Below, in pieces: positions 56,687-64,000 of a stretch of 64,000 nt of DNA (within the stretch, counting starts at the first letter, position 1; every line of letters begins with the position of its first letter). The position numbers and the translations under genes are program-made. The notes beneath the pieces were generated by a model. It ran no database searches, was not told the origin of the DNA, and saw only the letters and a program-made list of their open reading frames with translations. The stretch is from Myxococcota bacterium. Lineage in GTDB: Bacteria > Myxococcota_A > UBA796 > SXON01. The stretch covers positions 1 through 64,000 of the forward strand of contig JAZKFH010000033.1 of NCBI GenBank assembly GCA_040386535.1, read 5' to 3'.

Positions 56687-58945
56687 ATGCCCCCGCTGAC
56701 GCCAGGCCCCGACGCCAGCCCCTCCAGAGGGCCCTCGCGCCTGCGTGTGGGCGTGCTGCGGTGGGTGGCCCTGACCGCCGCCTACACGGTGGGCGCGCTC
56801 GTGTTCCTGTGGCCGCTGCCGCTGCGATTTTCGACGCACATCTGGGGCGACCGGTTCGATGCGTGGACGACGCTCTGGTTGATCTGGCACCTCGCCGACC
56901 AGGTCGCGGCAGGCACGCTCACGGCAGTGACCGACCGCATCCTGTTTCCCATCGGCTACAACCTGTGGTCGTTCGGGCACGCGGCGCTGCAGGCGATCGG
57001 GGCGGGGCTGGTGATGATCGGGGTGCCGCTGGTGCCCGCCTACAATTTGCTGCTGGTGGGCGCGATCGTGACCTCGGCGCTCGCGGCGCATGCGTTCGGG
57101 CGCGCGTTGGGGCGGACAGAGGCCGCGGGGGTGCTGGCCGCGGTGGTGTTCACGACGAGCCCGTACCTGTACGGGGAAGGCGCCGCCGGCTGCATCGAGC
57201 TCGTGGCGGCGGGGCTGTTGCCGCTGTTCGGGCTGACGTTGGTGAACCTGGCGCGGGAGCCGGGGTGGCGCCGGGCGCTGGTGGCGGCGCTGGTGCTCGC
57301 GGTGGTGGGGCCGTTCAACTGGTACTACACGTTGTTTGCCGGGATGTTCGGGCTGGCGTTCGCGGGGTGGCAGGCGATGGAGGGGCGAACGCGGGCCGCG
57401 GGGTGGATGCTGGCGGCGTTCGCGCTCGCGGGGGCGCTGGACGCGCCGCTGATCCCGCTCGTTCGCCGGGAGACGCCGGAGCGGCCGCCGTTGGGCACGG
57501 CGCTGTTCACCGATCCGGACGCGTGGGACCGCGCGCGTGACCTGTCCGACGGGCGGCTGGCACTCGCGACGCTGGACGTGGCGACGCTCGAAGAACACGA
57601 CGCCATGCAGGTCATCCAGAACAGCACGCGCGTGCGCGCCGTGCTCGCCGCACGCTTCGTGACCAACCCGCTCGACTCGACGCCGGGGGCGCTCGCGTGG
57701 GTGCTGGGCGTGGCCGGCGCGCTGGCCGCAGGGCGGCGGGGGCGCGGGTGGCTGGTCATCGCGGCGGGCGCCACGGTGCTGACGCTGGGCCCGTTCCTGA
57801 TGATCGACGACACGCCGCCGCTCCCCCAGTGGTCGGCCGACGCGCCGCTGCCCTACGCCTGGGCGTACGAACACGTGCCGTTCTTCTCGAAGGCGTATCG
57901 GCCGTACCGGATCGGTGTCATCGCGTCGCTCGCGCTGGCGGGGGCCGCGGCGGCGGGGGCGGGCACGCTGCGGCTCTCGTTGACACGCCCGGCGGTGGGC
58001 GTGGGCGTGACGCTGGTCGCGATCCTCGGGTTCACCCAGCCGCTCTGGGCCGGTGACCGCCCCGCCGCCCGCCCGCTGGCCGATGCCACGATCCCGCCGC
58101 TCTACACACAGCTCCGCGACGCCGACGCGGGCGGGGTGATCGAGCTGCCCCTCCAATACCAGCCGCTCTCGATCGCCAACGCCCGCTTCCAATACAACCA
58201 GGTGGTGCACGCGCACCCGCTGCTCAATTGCAACCAGCTCATCCGTCGCACGGATCTGCTCGCGTTCCGTGACTACGTGGGCGGCAACGCGCTGCTCGGC
58301 ACGCTGCTCGACCTCGGCCGCCGCGCCGTGCCGCTCACGTGGACCGACGCGGATTTGGTGGCGCTGTTGAAGGACGGCTTCCGGTGGCTGGTGATGCACC
58401 CGCAGGTCGACGCGGAGGCGGTGCACCTCGCGGGAGACGTGGGCACCGCCGACCTGCTCGGGCAGCCCGCGATCGGGATGGTGAGGGAGATGTTCGGCGC
58501 GCCAGCGTTGGCGGACGCGGAGACCTGGGCGTTCCGGCTCCCGGAGAGTTGGGAGGACCAGGGGCGTGTGTGGACATGGGACGGCGCCGGCACGACCGAC
58601 GTGGACACCCCCTACGACGTGCGCCGGTACGGCCTCTCCTTGCGCCTGCGCGCGGGCGACGTGCTGCCGCTGTGGACCGACGACCAACCCGACTTGGGCC
58701 CCGCCACCCTCTCGTTCTGGGCGCGCCCGGTGAGCGGCGAGGGGCTGCTGGTCGCGGCGGGGGACACGCGGGTAGCCACGGCGCTGGTGCCTGGGCGATG
58801 GACATGGGTAGAGGTGCCCGGCGAGGGGACGTTTGGTCTGTCGGCGACGGGGCCGGTGGTGGTTGACGTGACGCGGGTGCAGGTGACACGTCCGGTCGCG
58901 AAGGGAACACCGGTCACCGCGGTGACTCCCAGCGAGGCGCCATGA
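56687..58945 (+). CDS. GT-C-like polytopic membrane protein (YfhO/glycosyltransferase-like)
   Basis: First TM followed by WGDRFD..W..WH, LFPIG, PAYN, many TMs, YRPYR, VIELP and YNQVVHAHPLLN. Confidence 0.75.
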   Translation: MPPLTPGPDASPSRGPSRLRVGVLRWVALTAAYTVGALVFLWPLPLRFSTHIWGDRFDAWTTLWLIWHLADQVAAGTLTAVTDRILFPIGYNLWSFGHAALQAIGAGLVMIGVPLVPAYNLLLVGAIVTSALAAHAFGRALGRTEAAGVLAAVVFTTSPYLYGEGAAGCIELVAAGLLPLFGLTLVNLAREPGWRRALVAALVLAVVGPFNWYYTLFAGMFGLAFAGWQAMEGRTRAAGWMLAAFALAGALDAPLIPLVRRETPERPPLGTALFTDPDAWDRARDLSDGRLALATLDVATLEEHDAMQVIQNSTRVRAVLAARFVTNPLDSTPGALAWVLGVAGALAAGRRGRGWLVIAAGATVLTLGPFLMIDDTPPLPQWSADAPLPYAWAYEHVPFFSKAYRPYRIGVIASLALAGAAAAGAGTLRLSLTRPAVGVGVTLVAILGFTQPLWAGDRPAARPLADATIPPLYTQLRDADAGGVIELPLQYQPLSIANARFQYNQVVHAHPLLNCNQLIRRTDLLAFRDYVGGNALLGTLLDLGRRAVPLTWTDADLVALLKDGFRWLVMHPQVDAEAVHLAGDVGTADLLGQPAIGMVREMFGAPALADAETWAFRLPESWEDQGRVWTWDGAGTTDVDTPYDVRRYGLSLRLRAGDVLPLWTDDQPDLGPATLSFWARPVSGEGLLVAAGDTRVATALVPGRWTWVEVPGEGTFGLSATGPVVVDVTRVQVTRPVAKGTPVTAVTPSEAP

Positions 58946-59541
58946 AGCGCGCGCTCGTTGTCCTGGTGCTCGGCGCCGCGTGGTTCGGGTGGGCGGCGCC
59001 CGCCGTGAACACCCACCTGGAGGGGTACCGCGTGGCGCCGCGGGGCCAGCGCACGGCGGCTGACTTGCGTGCGAGGATGTCGGTGGCGAGCCTGCCTCCG
59101 GAGATCCGGGCATTGGTGGAGGAGGCCGAGGCCGCCTCGGAGAAGGAGCGCGCCTGGAGCCTGATCGTGGCGTCGTTGTTGAGCCCGGCCGAGCGGGTCG
59201 AGGGGCTCGCCCGCGCGCACTCGGAGCCCGTGATCCTCGGCCCGCCGGGCCGCCTGCTCGAACCCGAGCTGCCCGTTTTGGTCGACGCGCTGCTGGCCCG
59301 CTACGGCCCCGCGGTCGCGCCCATCCCCAAGCCGCCGCTGAACGACGACTGGCCGATGATCGACCGCCGCACACGCATCCGCGTGCTCCTGGCGCTGGTG
59401 CACGGCCCGGGCCTCGACGACGAGCGCGCCGCCATCGTGCTCGCCGCGACGCTCGATCTGTTGGCGACCCAGGCGCGGCGGACGGAGGTGGAGGCGTTGT
59501 TGGCAGAGGTGGAGATGCCCGGCGGATCTCCCACGCGCTGA
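58942..59541 (+). CDS. Hypothetical exported protein
   Basis: ATGA overlap with upstream gene; signal-like N-terminus. Confidence 0.65.
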   Translation: MKRALVVLVLGAAWFGWAAPAVNTHLEGYRVAPRGQRTAADLRARMSVASLPPEIRALVEEAEAASEKERAWSLIVASLLSPAERVEGLARAHSEPVILGPPGRLLEPELPVLVDALLARYGPAVAPIPKPPLNDDWPMIDRRTRIRVLLALVHGPGLDDERAAIVLAATLDLLATQARRTEVEALLAEVEMPGGSPTR

Positions 59542-59551
59542 ACGCCCCCTG

Positions 59552-60229
59552 TCACGCCGTCGGGATCAACAGCCGCTGCATGTCTACGAAGGCGCCGGCC
59601 GAGAGCTGCTCCCGCAGGGGCTGCCACTCGTCGTGGTCGGCCACGATCTCGTCGTAGACCGCCCGCGGCGCCCGCATCGTCGAGATGTCCGCGCCGGTCT
59701 TCGGGTCGATCCAGGCCAGCGCCAGCGTGTCCTCCACCACGTCGAGCAGGCGGAGTTCGCCGTCCTCGACCTTTCCGGACGACTGGAGGATGGCGATCTT
59801 CATCAGCTCGAGCTCGACATCGTCCAGGCCGTGCTCGACGAGCAGGAGCTTCTCCCGCAGGGCCGCCCAGCCGAACACCACCCGCACGATCATCCCCTCT
59901 CCGATCGCGCGTGCCGTGGCGGGGGCACCCGCGCCGTACCCACGGTCGAAGAGCGCCTGGTCCTTCGACTCGATGTCCTCCCACTCGCCGATGCGATCGA
60001 GCGGGTGCGCCGCGATCCACTGGTGGGCCCCGATGTGGAGGTAGTTCAGCTGGGGATCCAGCCGAAACTCCTCCTTGCACGAGGGACAGGGCTGTGCCTG
60101 GAACGTCCCGTCGAGGATCGCGTCGCGAAGGTCGGAGCGACGATCGGCGTTCACGCTGTGCACGACCTCGAAGGGGACCGGCTCCCCACACGAGGGGCAT
60201 GCGAGCGTCTGGTGCTGAAAAACAGACAT
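59552..60229 (-). CDS. CpXC domain protein
   Basis: CPSCG...SVNAD..SDLRDAILDGTF...CPSC...L.Y; GAGG RBS. Confidence 0.88.
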   Translation of the reverse strand: MSVFQHQTLACPSCGEPVPFEVVHSVNADRRSDLRDAILDGTFQAQPCPSCKEEFRLDPQLNYLHIGAHQWIAAHPLDRIGEWEDIESKDQALFDRGYGAGAPATARAIGEGMIVRVVFGWAALREKLLLVEHGLDDVELELMKIAILQSSGKVEDGELRLLDVVEDTLALAWIDPKTGADISTMRAPRAVYDEIVADHDEWQPLREQLSAGAFVDMQRLLIPTA

Positions 60230-60263
60230 GGGCTAGCGCCTCGAGGTCAGGTTGACTTGGATG

Positions 60264-64000
<3,737 letters not shown>

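Overview
Very high-GC bacterial DNA with a Myxococcota-like gene content: many lipoproteins, a MYXO-CTERM-like tail, a Ser/Thr kinase operon with a TPR-bearing TonB-dependent receptor, and FG-GAP proteins. The taxonomy is inferred from gene content only. About 50 plausible CDSs are present; no rRNA, tRNA or CRISPR array was recognised. The main observations are: (1) a 3288-aa iterative-type PKS (degenerate ER-like barrel-KS-AT-ACP-KS-ACP-ACP-KR-DH-PPTase) whose three ACPs all carry Thr instead of the phosphopantetheine-accepting Ser, with a fused PPTase and a translationally coupled GNAT; (2) a coupled pair of histidine ammonia-lyase paralogs with reciprocal active-site losses, suggesting a heterotetramer, downstream of a structured RNA candidate; (3) recurrent TANNNT-N6-ATG leaderless promoters that fix the starts of lipoproteins with only 6-10 residues before the lipobox Cys; (4) a TGA(T/C)ACATC DNA motif clustered inside coding linkers of unrelated genes in the first 13 kb; (5) a stand-alone 200-aa SecA-derived protein; (6) a giant helical-repeat HExxH metallopeptidase followed by a CpXC gene; (7) several palindromic/tandem repeat families, a 159-bp MITE-like element in two copies and a truncated IS21 right end. 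All family assignments come from reading motifs by eye; no searches were run.
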